Origin: an uncultured Verrucomicrobiae bacterium
GTDB taxonomy: Bacteria > Verrucomicrobiota > Verrucomicrobiia > Limisphaerales > Palsa-1400
Length of the DNA: 64,000 nt
NCBI GenBank assembly: GCA_963764165.1
Contig: CAVXRD010000002.1
Coordinates: forward strand, 2,528,001-2,592,000
Direction: 5' to 3'
This document shows positions 10,807 through 19,465 of this stretch, in pieces (position 1 is the first letter of the stretch; every line of letters starts with the position of its first letter). Both the position numbers and the translations under genes were made by a program. Below the pieces are notes generated by a model. The model made no database searches and had not been told where the DNA came from. It saw nothing but the letters and a program-made list of their open reading frames with translations.

Positions 10807-10819
10807 ACTGCTTGTATCA

Positions 10820-13800
10820 ATGAAAAAAACGTGGCTCGTCATTTTTTGTTTGTTGCTGTTGGGCGTTTCAGCGCCGGCACAAGGTCAATTTACATATACC
10901 AACAGCCACGGCACTCTTGTCATCACGGGTTATAGCGGGCCGGGCGGCGCGGTGAACATTCCAGCCACCATCAATGATCTAAAGGTCACCAGCATCGGAG
11001 ATTACGCATTCGCAGGCACAGATCTAAGCAGCATCGGCATTCCTGACAGTGTCACCAACATCGGTGACGGCGCGTTCAATTACTGCACGAACTTGGCGAG
11101 TATCACGGTTCCCGGCAGTGTCGTCAAATTTGGAGAAGGTGTCTTCAACTCTTGTTCGCGGCTGGCAAGCGCGACGCTCGAAGACGGAATTGTCGATATA
11201 GGAACAAACGAATTCCAAGATTGCGCAAGCCTAGTCTATATTAGCATTCCCAACAGCGTCACCAAAATCGACGATAACGCCTTCTATTCCTGCAGCAGCC
11301 TGACCAATATCGTGATTTCATCCAGAGTCGTCAGTATCGGAGGTTACGCGTTCTCCGAATGCATCAATCTGACGAGTATTGACATCCCGAGCGGCGTCAC
11401 CAAAATTGGGGAATTCTGCTTCGATGGCTGCACAAATCTCGGAGCGATTATTGTCAGCTCAAACAACCCCTCCTACGCCAGTGAGGCAGGTGTGTTATTT
11501 AACCATAAAAAGACCACTCTTGTAGGGTATCCGCAGGGAAAACCCGGGGCCTCCTACACTATACCCAGCACCGTCTCAAGTATCGGGGATTATGGGTTCT
11601 ATTCTTGTGCGCAGCTTGCCAACGTGGCGATCCCCGATAGTGTCACCAGCATTGGAAAAAGCGCATTCGGCTTCTGCACGAACCTGTCCACCATCACGAT
11701 TCCGGGCAAGGTGGCCAGAATTGGGGAAGCAGCATTCAACGACTGCTCGCAATTGGAAACTGTAACGCTCGAAAACGGTATCAAAGATATCGGAATGAAT
11801 GCGTTCCAAGACTGTATTAGCCTGACCAACGTCAGCATTCCCGGCAGCGTCACCAACATTGAGGACGGCGCGTTCAATGACTGCGCGAACCTGTCCAACA
11901 TGGCGATTCCGGGAAAGGTCGCCAGAATTGGGGAGGCTGCGTTCTACGACTGCACGCGATTGGCAGTTTTGACGCTCGAAGACGGTATCAAAGATATCGG
12001 AACGAATGCGTTCCAAGACTGTATTAGCCTGACCAACCTCAGCATTCCCGGCAGCGTCGCCAGCATCGGGGACTCCGCATTTGAAGGTTGTTCGGGCTTG
12101 ACCAGCGTTGCTATTCCTAACGGCGTCGTCAGCATTGGAAGCTTAGCGTTCTCGGAAACCAGCTTGACCAACGTCACGATTCCTGCCAGCTTAACCAACA
12201 TGGCTGGGTCACCCTTTGCCTACTGCCCAGGCCTGGCTGCCATCGTTGTGGATTCAAACAGCCGCGCCTATACAAACGTCGGAGGGGTTTTGTTTAACAG
12301 AAGCCAAACCGTCCTTGTCGGATTCCCCGAGGGTTATGCCGCGGTTTCCTACGTTATCCCTAACAGCGTGGCTAGCATCGGACCGTGGGCGTTCGGCGGC
12401 TGCAGCGGCTTAACGAACGTTTCAATCCCAGATACTGTCACCGGCATCGGGTATGGAGCATTCGCTGGTTGCAGTGGATTGACCAGTGTTTACATCCCAG
12501 ATAGTGTCACTGCAGTCGGATGGGGCGCGTTTGAAGACTGCACCAGCCTTTCAAGTGTCTCGATAGGCAATGGCGTTGAAATCATCGCGGATGCTACGTT
12601 TGAAGACTGCGGCAGCCTTACCAACGTTACAATCGGGAGCGGCGTTCAATTCCTCGACCCAGATGCATTTTTAGAATGCTTTAACTTGAGATATGTTCTT
12701 TTCGAGGGCAATGCCCCCCGCATCGGACCAGGTATATATGAACCGCACTGGGACGAGGAGTTGACGTTTTATTATCTGGCTGGTGCTAGCGGTTGGGATT
12801 CCAGTTACTACGATTACTATTACTATTACTATGGCATTCGGATTCAAATGTTGACCGCACACGGTCAGATCGAGGTCACTCTGCTGCCATCTTCCGCCAA
12901 CGGCCGGTGGCGGTTTCCTTGGGAGACGACTTGGCGGAACAGCGGCACGGCGGCGTCGAATCTGAACGCAGGCGAGTACCCCATTGTGTTTAGCACGGTG
13001 CCGGGTTACTTGACTCCCACTCTTCCATCGCCAGGATATGTGGCGGTCATTGGGGGCACCACCTTTGTCACCAATCAGTACTCTCCGGCCACTTCCTCAA
13101 GCAACGTCAACAACGTGGGAGCGCTCACGGTTAACTTTGTGCAATCCCCTCCCGCGGAGGCCGCATGGGGCGTGGCGGGCGGCCCCGCGCCGTCTTTCAC
13201 TTCCGGCTACAGAGTCAACCTGGCCGCTGGCAAGTATCTCATCGATTTCGCATCCGTCCCCGGTTATGCCACTCCCGCTGCCATATCAGTTCTGGTTGTG
13301 CCAGATTATCCTGCTGTGCTGTCGGTCAGTTACGCGCCTGTTATTCCGTTGTCCAACCTGCCGTCCAGCTTCACCAGCTTGCCAGTGCAGGTTCCTCCCA
13401 GCGAGATCAGCACGTCTCCTTTTGAGTTCAATGGCCAATTGCAAACAGATGTTGGGTACGGAAGCGGTGTGGCTGTGGAAGCGAACGTGGTGCTGACGGC
13501 TGCGGATTTGGTGTTCAACGACCAGACTTTGTCGTACGCAAGCCAGGCCACCTGGTTTCCCCAACAGGAAACAGGTGTGACTCCGCCCTACCCGATGACG
13601 GCGCGGGGCTGGTATGTGCTCAGCGGGTATGCCAGTAACCGAATCAACGATCTTCAAGATGGCTTGGCCCCAGGGCAGTCGAGTCCAGCGTCACGGAACT
13701 CTGACGTTGCAGCGTTGTTCTTTACGTCGCCGGTTGCGGGAGGGAATTCGGCGAGTTATCTATTTTCAGACGGGACGCCGAATGTGTGGTTGACCAGCCC

Positions 13801-14512
13801 GACAAATAAAATGATGGTGGGTTATCCTGTGGACGGGTCGCAGTTTGGCGTTATCAATATTACAAATGGCGAGATGTATGAGAACTCGCCGCAGACGAAT
13901 GCTTTGAATTGGGCCACCGATGAACCATTGGCCTACGATCAGGTTTACTTGGGAGACTGGTTTTTGGGTTATCAGGGGAACGCCGGGAGTCCATTCTATG
14001 TGGAGTCCAACGGTGTTTTTTGCCCGGCTGGCGTCTATTTGGGCACGGTGTCCGATGGGCTTCTGCCATACGCATCTGCTGTGCGAGCCATCGATAGCAC
14101 TGTCGTGGAATTGATCGATTATGCAGCGGAAGCCGGTGAGGGGCGGATTATTGCCAACGACGCGAACGGCTTGGACATGCCAGCGACGGGAGGGGACGGC
14201 AACGGGAGGCGAGACTCGCCTGCAGGGGGCACTACCCCGCTGGAGATCACTCCCAGTACAGTCAGCGCGAACAATCCAGGTTACGTGCAGATACAACTGC
14301 AACCGGCCTCGGCTGTCCTTGCGGGGGCCGGTTGGCGGATTCACGGTGAGTCCAGCTATCACAGTTCGGATGCCGTGAAGCAGGTGAATTCGTCCAACAT
14401 TGTGGCCATCCAGTTTGCGCCGGTAAGCGGGTATAGTCCTCCCCGCCATTCAGACCGTCACCGTGGTGCCGAATCAGGTTTCGACTTACGTTGGGGCCTA
14501 CATTTTGACTAA
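10820..14512 (+). CDS. Secreted BspA-type LRR protein with PEGA-like repeats and a degenerate trypsin-like domain; N-terminal part of a frameshifted gene 10820..15785
   Basis: Signal peptide MKKTWLVIFCLLLLGVSAPAQG; many IPxSVTxIGxxAFxxCxxL repeats; GSGVAVEANVVLTAAD and QGNAGSP. Homology breaks at ~14440 and resumes in the next frame. Confidence 0.85.
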   Translation: MKKTWLVIFCLLLLGVSAPAQGQFTYTNSHGTLVITGYSGPGGAVNIPATINDLKVTSIGDYAFAGTDLSSIGIPDSVTNIGDGAFNYCTNLASITVPGSVVKFGEGVFNSCSRLASATLEDGIVDIGTNEFQDCASLVYISIPNSVTKIDDNAFYSCSSLTNIVISSRVVSIGGYAFSECINLTSIDIPSGVTKIGEFCFDGCTNLGAIIVSSNNPSYASEAGVLFNHKKTTLVGYPQGKPGASYTIPSTVSSIGDYGFYSCAQLANVAIPDSVTSIGKSAFGFCTNLSTITIPGKVARIGEAAFNDCSQLETVTLENGIKDIGMNAFQDCISLTNVSIPGSVTNIEDGAFNDCANLSNMAIPGKVARIGEAAFYDCTRLAVLTLEDGIKDIGTNAFQDCISLTNLSIPGSVASIGDSAFEGCSGLTSVAIPNGVVSIGSLAFSETSLTNVTIPASLTNMAGSPFAYCPGLAAIVVDSNSRAYTNVGGVLFNRSQTVLVGFPEGYAAVSYVIPNSVASIGPWAFGGCSGLTNVSIPDTVTGIGYGAFAGCSGLTSVYIPDSVTAVGWGAFEDCTSLSSVSIGNGVEIIADATFEDCGSLTNVTIGSGVQFLDPDAFLECFNLRYVLFEGNAPRIGPGIYEPHWDEELTFYYLAGASGWDSSYYDYYYYYYGIRIQMLTAHGQIEVTLLPSSANGRWRFPWETTWRNSGTAASNLNAGEYPIVFSTVPGYLTPTLPSPGYVAVIGGTTFVTNQYSPATSSSNVNNVGALTVNFVQSPPAEAAWGVAGGPAPSFTSGYRVNLAAGKYLIDFASVPGYATPAAISVLVVPDYPAVLSVSYAPVIPLSNLPSSFTSLPVQVPPSEISTSPFEFNGQLQTDVGYGSGVAVEANVVLTAADLVFNDQTLSYASQATWFPQQETGVTPPYPMTARGWYVLSGYASNRINDLQDGLAPGQSSPASRNSDVAALFFTSPVAGGNSASYLFSDGTPNVWLTSPTNKMMVGYPVDGSQFGVINITNGEMYENSPQTNALNWATDEPLAYDQVYLGDWFLGYQGNAGSPFYVESNGVFCPAGVYLGTVSDGLLPYASAVRAIDSTVVELIDYAAEAGEGRIIANDANGLDMPATGGDGNGRRDSPAGGTTPLEITPSTVSANNPGYVQIQLQPASAVLAGAGWRIHGESSYHSSDAVKQVNSSNIVAIQFAPVSGYSPPRHSDRHRGAESGFDLRWGLHFD
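11702..12060 (+). repeat. Intragenic tandem duplication of a 207-bp (three-LRR) block
   Basis: ccgggcaaggtggccagaattgggg at 11702 recurs as ccgggaaaggtcgccagaattgggg at 11909; acggtatcaaagatatcggaa and gcgttccaagactgtattagcctgaccaac are repeated at the same 207-bp offset. Confidence 0.85.
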
Positions 14513-15785
14513 CTCTAATTCTTTGCCAGCGGATTCCGCTTTGGCGGTCTTGATCAACGGCGTCGGCAAAATCACCAGTGCCGGCGGCGCAACCAACATG
14601 GCACGTTTGAAGCTCGGCAAGAGCTACGCCATCACCGCGTCCGAGTTGCCCGGACGCAACTGGATCTTCGCCAATTGGAGCAGCGGCACAAACATCGCCG
14701 ATCTGGCTTTGTATTCTACAAAGCCGGCGACGTCCTTCACCTTTTCCAGCAATTTGATTCTGGTGGCCAATTTTCAAACGAATCCCTTCCCCTCCATGGC
14801 CGGTGTTTACAATGGTCTTTTTGCCACCACAAATGGAGTGACGGAACAAACGGCAGGGATGCTTCACGGGCTGACTGTCAGCGGGAGCGGAACTTACAGT
14901 GGGACGCTCTTGATCAACGGAAAAGGCCACTCTTTCAGCGGCGCGTTTGATTTGGGCGGCCAGGCGAGCAATGTTATTTCACGCGCGATCAACCAACCTC
15001 TGACGGTTGCCATGACACTTTTGAATTTGAACCAGTCTTCCCCAGAGATAATCGGCACTGTGTCCGGAACCAGTAATGGTGTCGCTTGGGTTGCCGCTCT
15101 TTTAGCCGACCGAGCCTATCACAGTAAATCCTCGGCGGCGTACACCATGCTGATCCCGCCAGGCTCCAGCAGTGCGTCAGCCACAGTCCCTATTGGTGAC
15201 GGTTATGCCTTGATCACGAATCACGCTGGCACGGCTACCATTGCCGGCGCACTGGCCGATGGCGCCAAAATCATCCAGTCCGTTGCAGTTTCCCAGACGG
15301 GCAATGTTCCAATCTACGCCAACCTATCTGGCCAGCCGGGCCTTCTCATGGGCTGGATTAATCTGGACTCCGCCAGCGATGCCGGGGCGGGGCTGGCCTG
15401 GGTTCATCCCTCCGTCCCCAAAGGCCTATTCCCAGACGCGTTCACTAGCACCAACCCCATCGCGCTGTCTCTGTGGACCAAGACTCAGGCAATCGACGTC
15501 CTCGAACACCTGACAAATTTGTCGATTCTTGAACCGACCCATGGCGCTACTATCGAGACAAACAGCTTCGAGATAGCGATCGGCAACAATTTCAAATTGG
15601 GCAAGCTATCCGGCCCGGCCAAATTGAGTGGTTCACTCGCCTCCAAAACGGGATTGCTCAGAGTGACCAATGTCAGCGGGTCGGTCAAAGTGACCGGCCA
15701 AGGGGTGGTGCTGCTCAATACCACAAACGGCGGCGGATATATCCTGACCAAGGCCAACGCCCAAGCCATCCAGCTTGGACCATAA
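14463..15785 (+). CDS. C-terminal part of the frameshifted LRR surface protein (B-repeat-like module + conserved C-terminal domain)
   Basis: No signal peptide; colinear with the last ~400 aa of the 2149..5799 product (LKLGKSYAITA/LKIGTKYTVTA, AGVYNGLF/EGTYRGLF, AGALADG/AGSLADG, KTGLL/TTGVI). Confidence 0.75.
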   Translation: MVPNQVSTYVGAYILTNSNSLPADSALAVLINGVGKITSAGGATNMARLKLGKSYAITASELPGRNWIFANWSSGTNIADLALYSTKPATSFTFSSNLILVANFQTNPFPSMAGVYNGLFATTNGVTEQTAGMLHGLTVSGSGTYSGTLLINGKGHSFSGAFDLGGQASNVISRAINQPLTVAMTLLNLNQSSPEIIGTVSGTSNGVAWVAALLADRAYHSKSSAAYTMLIPPGSSSASATVPIGDGYALITNHAGTATIAGALADGAKIIQSVAVSQTGNVPIYANLSGQPGLLMGWINLDSASDAGAGLAWVHPSVPKGLFPDAFTSTNPIALSLWTKTQAIDVLEHLTNLSILEPTHGATIETNSFEIAIGNNFKLGKLSGPAKLSGSLASKTGLLRVTNVSGSVKVTGQGVVLLNTTNGGGYILTKANAQAIQLGP

Positions 15786-15888
15786 GCTCCCTTTTTGCAA
15801 AAAAGATGCGGCGGATACTGAAGCGCCCCTCGAATTCCGGGCGTCCAGTGACGGCATGGAACTGCTTCTCATGCGGCACATGGGGCGG

Positions 15889-16305
15889 TCAGCCCTTTCT
15901 GGAGCAAAACAGCGCAGGAATGTGCAGGACAATGGCGGCCGCCAGCACTAACGCGCTGTAACGGTGCGTCAAATAGAGAAAATGCTCGCCCGATGTTCCA
16001 AAAAGGGGCGTCATCGGCACGACGCCGGAAAGCATAACTGCCAATCCGCTCAGCAGAATGATCCAAAGCAGAAACTTGGCGGGGCCGATGAGTGGCGAAA
16101 CCGCGCCGTATCGGCAAACATCCGACCACGTTAGCGCGACGGCTGCCAGACCAAGCGCGAACAGCGGCGCCACCGCCACATGGGCCATCAAAACCCAATG
16201 GGTCATCGGCGGTTTGCCGAAAAAAAAGGTGCCGATTCCCGTGAACGCAAGAAAAAGCGCCGACGCCGCCAGCACCGCATAAAAGAATTTTGCGGACGCG
16301 CGCAT
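15889..16305 (-). CDS. Four-helix membrane protein, cytochrome b-like
   Basis: Four hydrophobic helices with His in LMAHV, LTHRY and VLHI; ATG overlaps the TGA of the upstream cytochrome gene. Confidence 0.6.
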   Translation of the reverse strand: MRASAKFFYAVLAASALFLAFTGIGTFFFGKPPMTHWVLMAHVAVAPLFALGLAAVALTWSDVCRYGAVSPLIGPAKFLLWIILLSGLAVMLSGVVPMTPLFGTSGEHFLYLTHRYSALVLAAAIVLHIPALFCSRKG

Positions 16306-18272
16306 CAGGGCCGCTCCTTCTTCGCGGATGACGCCTGCGCCGCCATTGCGCCCAATCCGCGCAATCCGAAGTTCAACAGCACACCCAGAACCACGAGAGC
16401 CGCGCCAAAGACAATCCATTTTAGCATGGGGCGAAAAATGAAGGTGTAGGCGAATAATGAGGCCGCTTTCTTGTCATCGCCGCGAAATTCCCAGTTGGCT
16501 TTTGTGATCGCATTGGTGGGATCGACCGGGCCGCGGGCGGTGATGGCGGCGAAATAGATGGGGGAATCTTTCGCGTGGCAATCGGCGCAGCCTCGCGCCC
16601 CGAGCGCTTTCGCTCTCGGCCGGACGTCATGCGCGAGCGCCCACGAGTAGGGCTGGGCGGCAGGGGATTCCGCAGAGACGAGCGCGCCGTGTTCGAGCCG
16701 ATACATCTTGCCAGACGCGATGTAAGCGGCTTCGCTTTTGGAATCTGGCGCCAACGATTCGAGGCCCTTTTGAATTTGCGCGGCGGTCAGTGGCTTTGTG
16801 TTGTACGGATCCACTCCGGCTTCGGCAGTCGAGGGGCGCGGCAGGCTGACAATTTTTGCAACTTCTGACGGAAGCATCGGCGTGACATTGGTGCCGCTGA
16901 CCCGAGCCCAATAGCTTGGCCAGACCATTTTATATGGGCCAATTTTTCCGTCCGGGCCTCGCAGAAAAATGGATTCCACGATGACCGGCGCGGTGTTCTT
17001 TCCGCGTTCCGGCGCGGGCAAGCCGAGCTTGTGGGCCATGGAGGTTTGGACTTCGACGGGCTCCGATTCGGGCAGCGGCCCGGAATGGCAGGCGGTGCAA
17101 GTGAGACGGTCGAAATGGACCGGCGGCATACCCTTATGCACTAATTTGGGGGCACCGAGCCGGCCCTCAGTGTGGCAGCCGCGGCAGGTTAGAGTCTCGA
17201 CTTTGCTGGTTTCGGCCTCAAGTTGCTGGTGGGCCAGCTTTTTCGCCTCGGGCTCTTTCAAAGTCAAATCATCGCGGCGAAGGAGGGCGGCGCGGAGGCT
17301 GACCATTGAATCACTGACCACACGGTCTTTGGCTTCGCCTTCGTATCCCCGCACGATGGCATGATCCAGGCCGTTGCGATGACAATCGACGCATAGCAGC
17401 CCCGCCTTGATGTGGACATCCAAATCCGAATGCCAGCCCGCATCGCCAGACGGCGAAACGCTCGTGTGACAATAATAACAATTATTGACGGACATCCGGT
17501 TGGCGACTTGAAAGACGACGTTGTTCTCCGTGTCAAAGCGGGCGCGGTTGTACTTGATGGCGGGCAAGGTCGAAGGCACCGGCTTGCCTGGGCTCCAGGA
17601 ATCCGCGATTGCCCCGGCGCTCTTGAAGCTGGCGAAGACTCCAAGATTTGCGCCCACGGTTGGCGCCCAGCGAAAATCCTGCGCCTTAAGGGCATTGAAG
17701 CGGCCCTCCTGGTCGTAGCGGCCGGACGTTTGGTGGCATAGGAAACAATCGATTTCCAATTTCCCGGTAATGTTCATGCGTCCCATTTCCGGGTCGCTGG
17801 GCTTGATTTTGTCGGGTTCCCCCACTCCGCCTCCTGGCAAATGGCGGGCGAAATTGGTGATGAACTGATAGTCGCTCAGGCCGATTTGCGACGGTTTGAA
17901 AGTTCCGGCCCAGCCGCGGTAAGAGAGCGGAATTTGGGTGTGCGTTTGCGGGTCGGTCAGGATCCATGGCTCACCGGGACGGCCCGGTTTGCCGCCGTTG
18001 TCAGCATTGAAATGCCAGCCCTCGCTGATGGTGTCGTAGTCGTGGCATTTGCCGCACGTCTGGGCGGGTGAGTAGGGGGGGGCTTTTGGCTCCTGCGATT
18101 TCCCATCCTCGCCCACGACGGGCGGAATGCTGATGACTTTTCCCAGGGAGTCGTGCAGCGGAATATTGTGCAGAAATGGGGTTCGGCTTCCCGTGTGGAC
18201 GTCTTCCGCTCGCGCGGAATGGCGTCCCAAGAATAAGCCGCAAACCAAAACGACTGGCAATAGAAACCGCAC
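16305..18272 (-). CDS. Multiheme c-type cytochrome (7 CxxCH) with C-terminal membrane anchor
   Basis: CGKCH, CFLCH, CYYCH, CVDCH, CRGCH, CTACH, CADCH; signal peptide from GTG 18272 (start uncertain); C-terminal TM WIVFGAALVVLGVLL. Confidence 0.85.
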   Translation of the reverse strand: MRFLLPVVLVCGLFLGRHSARAEDVHTGSRTPFLHNIPLHDSLGKVISIPPVVGEDGKSQEPKAPPYSPAQTCGKCHDYDTISEGWHFNADNGGKPGRPGEPWILTDPQTHTQIPLSYRGWAGTFKPSQIGLSDYQFITNFARHLPGGGVGEPDKIKPSDPEMGRMNITGKLEIDCFLCHQTSGRYDQEGRFNALKAQDFRWAPTVGANLGVFASFKSAGAIADSWSPGKPVPSTLPAIKYNRARFDTENNVVFQVANRMSVNNCYYCHTSVSPSGDAGWHSDLDVHIKAGLLCVDCHRNGLDHAIVRGYEGEAKDRVVSDSMVSLRAALLRRDDLTLKEPEAKKLAHQQLEAETSKVETLTCRGCHTEGRLGAPKLVHKGMPPVHFDRLTCTACHSGPLPESEPVEVQTSMAHKLGLPAPERGKNTAPVIVESIFLRGPDGKIGPYKMVWPSYWARVSGTNVTPMLPSEVAKIVSLPRPSTAEAGVDPYNTKPLTAAQIQKGLESLAPDSKSEAAYIASGKMYRLEHGALVSAESPAAQPYSWALAHDVRPRAKALGARGCADCHAKDSPIYFAAITARGPVDPTNAITKANWEFRGDDKKAASLFAYTFIFRPMLKWIVFGAALVVLGVLLNFGLRGLGAMAAQASSAKKERP

Positions 18273-18375
18273 TCTGCGGCCACGATACACAGTTCCGAAA
18301 ACTTGGAAAATCAAAATGAACGTCAAAGGCACAGCGTGAAACGTCCGTGCCTTCACTGTGACATTTGGTCTGGAA

Positions 18376-18684
18376 TCAGGCCTTGGCCGTGGCGGAAGCC
18401 GGGGACAATTTCAGGACGGATTCGCGCATTTCCTTGCCGGGTTTGAATTTCACCACGGCGCGGCGGGGAATGGGGACATCCTTTTCAGGCTGGTTTGGAT
18501 TTCGGCCAATGCGCGCCTTCCGGACTTTGACTTCAAAGACCCCGAAATTGCGGAGCTCGACGGTGGTGCCGTCGGCCAATGATTCACAGATGTGATCCAA
18601 GGTTTTCTGAACGACTTCCAAAACTTGTTGTTGGACGATACCCGTCTCTTCGCTGATACGGACTACAAGATCGCGTTTTGTCAT
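18376..18684 (-). CDS. HU/IHF family DNA-binding protein
   Basis: MTKRDLV, VELRNFGVFEV, RIGRNP, VVKFKPGK. Confidence 0.93.
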   Translation of the reverse strand: MTKRDLVVRISEETGIVQQQVLEVVQKTLDHICESLADGTTVELRNFGVFEVKVRKARIGRNPNQPEKDVPIPRRAVVKFKPGKEMRESVLKLSPASATAKA

Positions 18685-18879
18685 AAGGTTGTTACGCAAG
18701 CCATGGACCGGCTGCGTGCTCGAAAGCAGTAGGCCAAGACTCGTAAAGCTCTATAGGAACCCCCTATCTACGTCAAGCATCGAGTCTCGGAAATATGCAA
18801 GATTCTTTGTGAGGGAAACCCTTAACCAATAAATCGCTGCACAAAAGCCAAAACACGGCAGGGACGCCTCGCCGAGGGG

Positions 18880-19155
18880 CTAGCTTTCAATGACGCCGAT
18901 CTCGACTGGCTCGACTTTCACGCCGATTTTTTCCAGCCATTTGATGGCGGATTTGATGGCGTCGGCGGGCCCGCTGATTTCCAGGCACACAATGCCGATT
19001 TCGTCCGTCACACTGGCTTGGCGAACGTTTGTCTTGATCGGAAATTTATGGCCGACTTCCCAAATAATGGGATCAGTAATGTGCTTGGGCGGATACATCA
19101 GCCACAGGCGTTGCTGGACATCTTCCGAGGCTGATTTGGATTTTTTGGGCGGCAT
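18880..19155 (-). CDS. Stand-alone NIL-domain (ferredoxin-like fold) protein
   Basis: PIIWEVGHKFPIKTNVRQASV...GIVCLEISG...IKWLEKIGVKVEP matches the NIL pattern; 3 bp downstream of the MoaD-like gene. Confidence 0.75.
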   Translation of the reverse strand: MPPKKSKSASEDVQQRLWLMYPPKHITDPIIWEVGHKFPIKTNVRQASVTDEIGIVCLEISGPADAIKSAIKWLEKIGVKVEPVEIGVIES

Positions 19156-19158
19156 AAG

Positions 19159-19434
19159 TTATCCGCCGGCAATGGCGGGAATGATGCTGATTTCGTCGCC
19201 GTCGCGAAGGGCGGTCTCCTGGTTTTGCAGGAAACGAATGTCCTCTTCGTTGACGTAGACATTGACGAATCGGCGGACGCCGCCGGTTTCGTCGGTCAGG
19301 CGCTCTTTGATGCCCGGGTAGCGGGTTTGCAGTTCAGCAATGGCGCCGCCGACGGTCGTCGCGGCGACCTGAACCACTTCTTCGTCATGCGTCAATTTGC
19401 GCAGCGGCGAGGGGATGCGAACATTCACTGGCAT
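19159..19434 (-). CDS. MoaD/ThiS/CysO-family ubiquitin-like sulfur carrier
   Basis: MPVNVRIPSPLR...FVNVYVNEEDIRFLQ...GDEISIIPAIAGG, ending in GG; start ATG 19434. Confidence 0.92.
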   Translation of the reverse strand: MPVNVRIPSPLRKLTHDEEVVQVAATTVGGAIAELQTRYPGIKERLTDETGGVRRFVNVYVNEEDIRFLQNQETALRDGDEISIIPAIAGG

Positions 19435-19465
19435 AATATCAAATCGTCTTGACTGTTGTGGGGAT

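Noticed and set aside
3..14512. Diversity-generating retroelement acting on the LRR paralogs
   Set aside because: No reverse transcriptase, and differences between paralogs are not adenine-specific.
18700..18760. Possible structured RNA upstream of the HU/IHF gene
   Set aside because: Only a weak hairpin, with no recognisable family.
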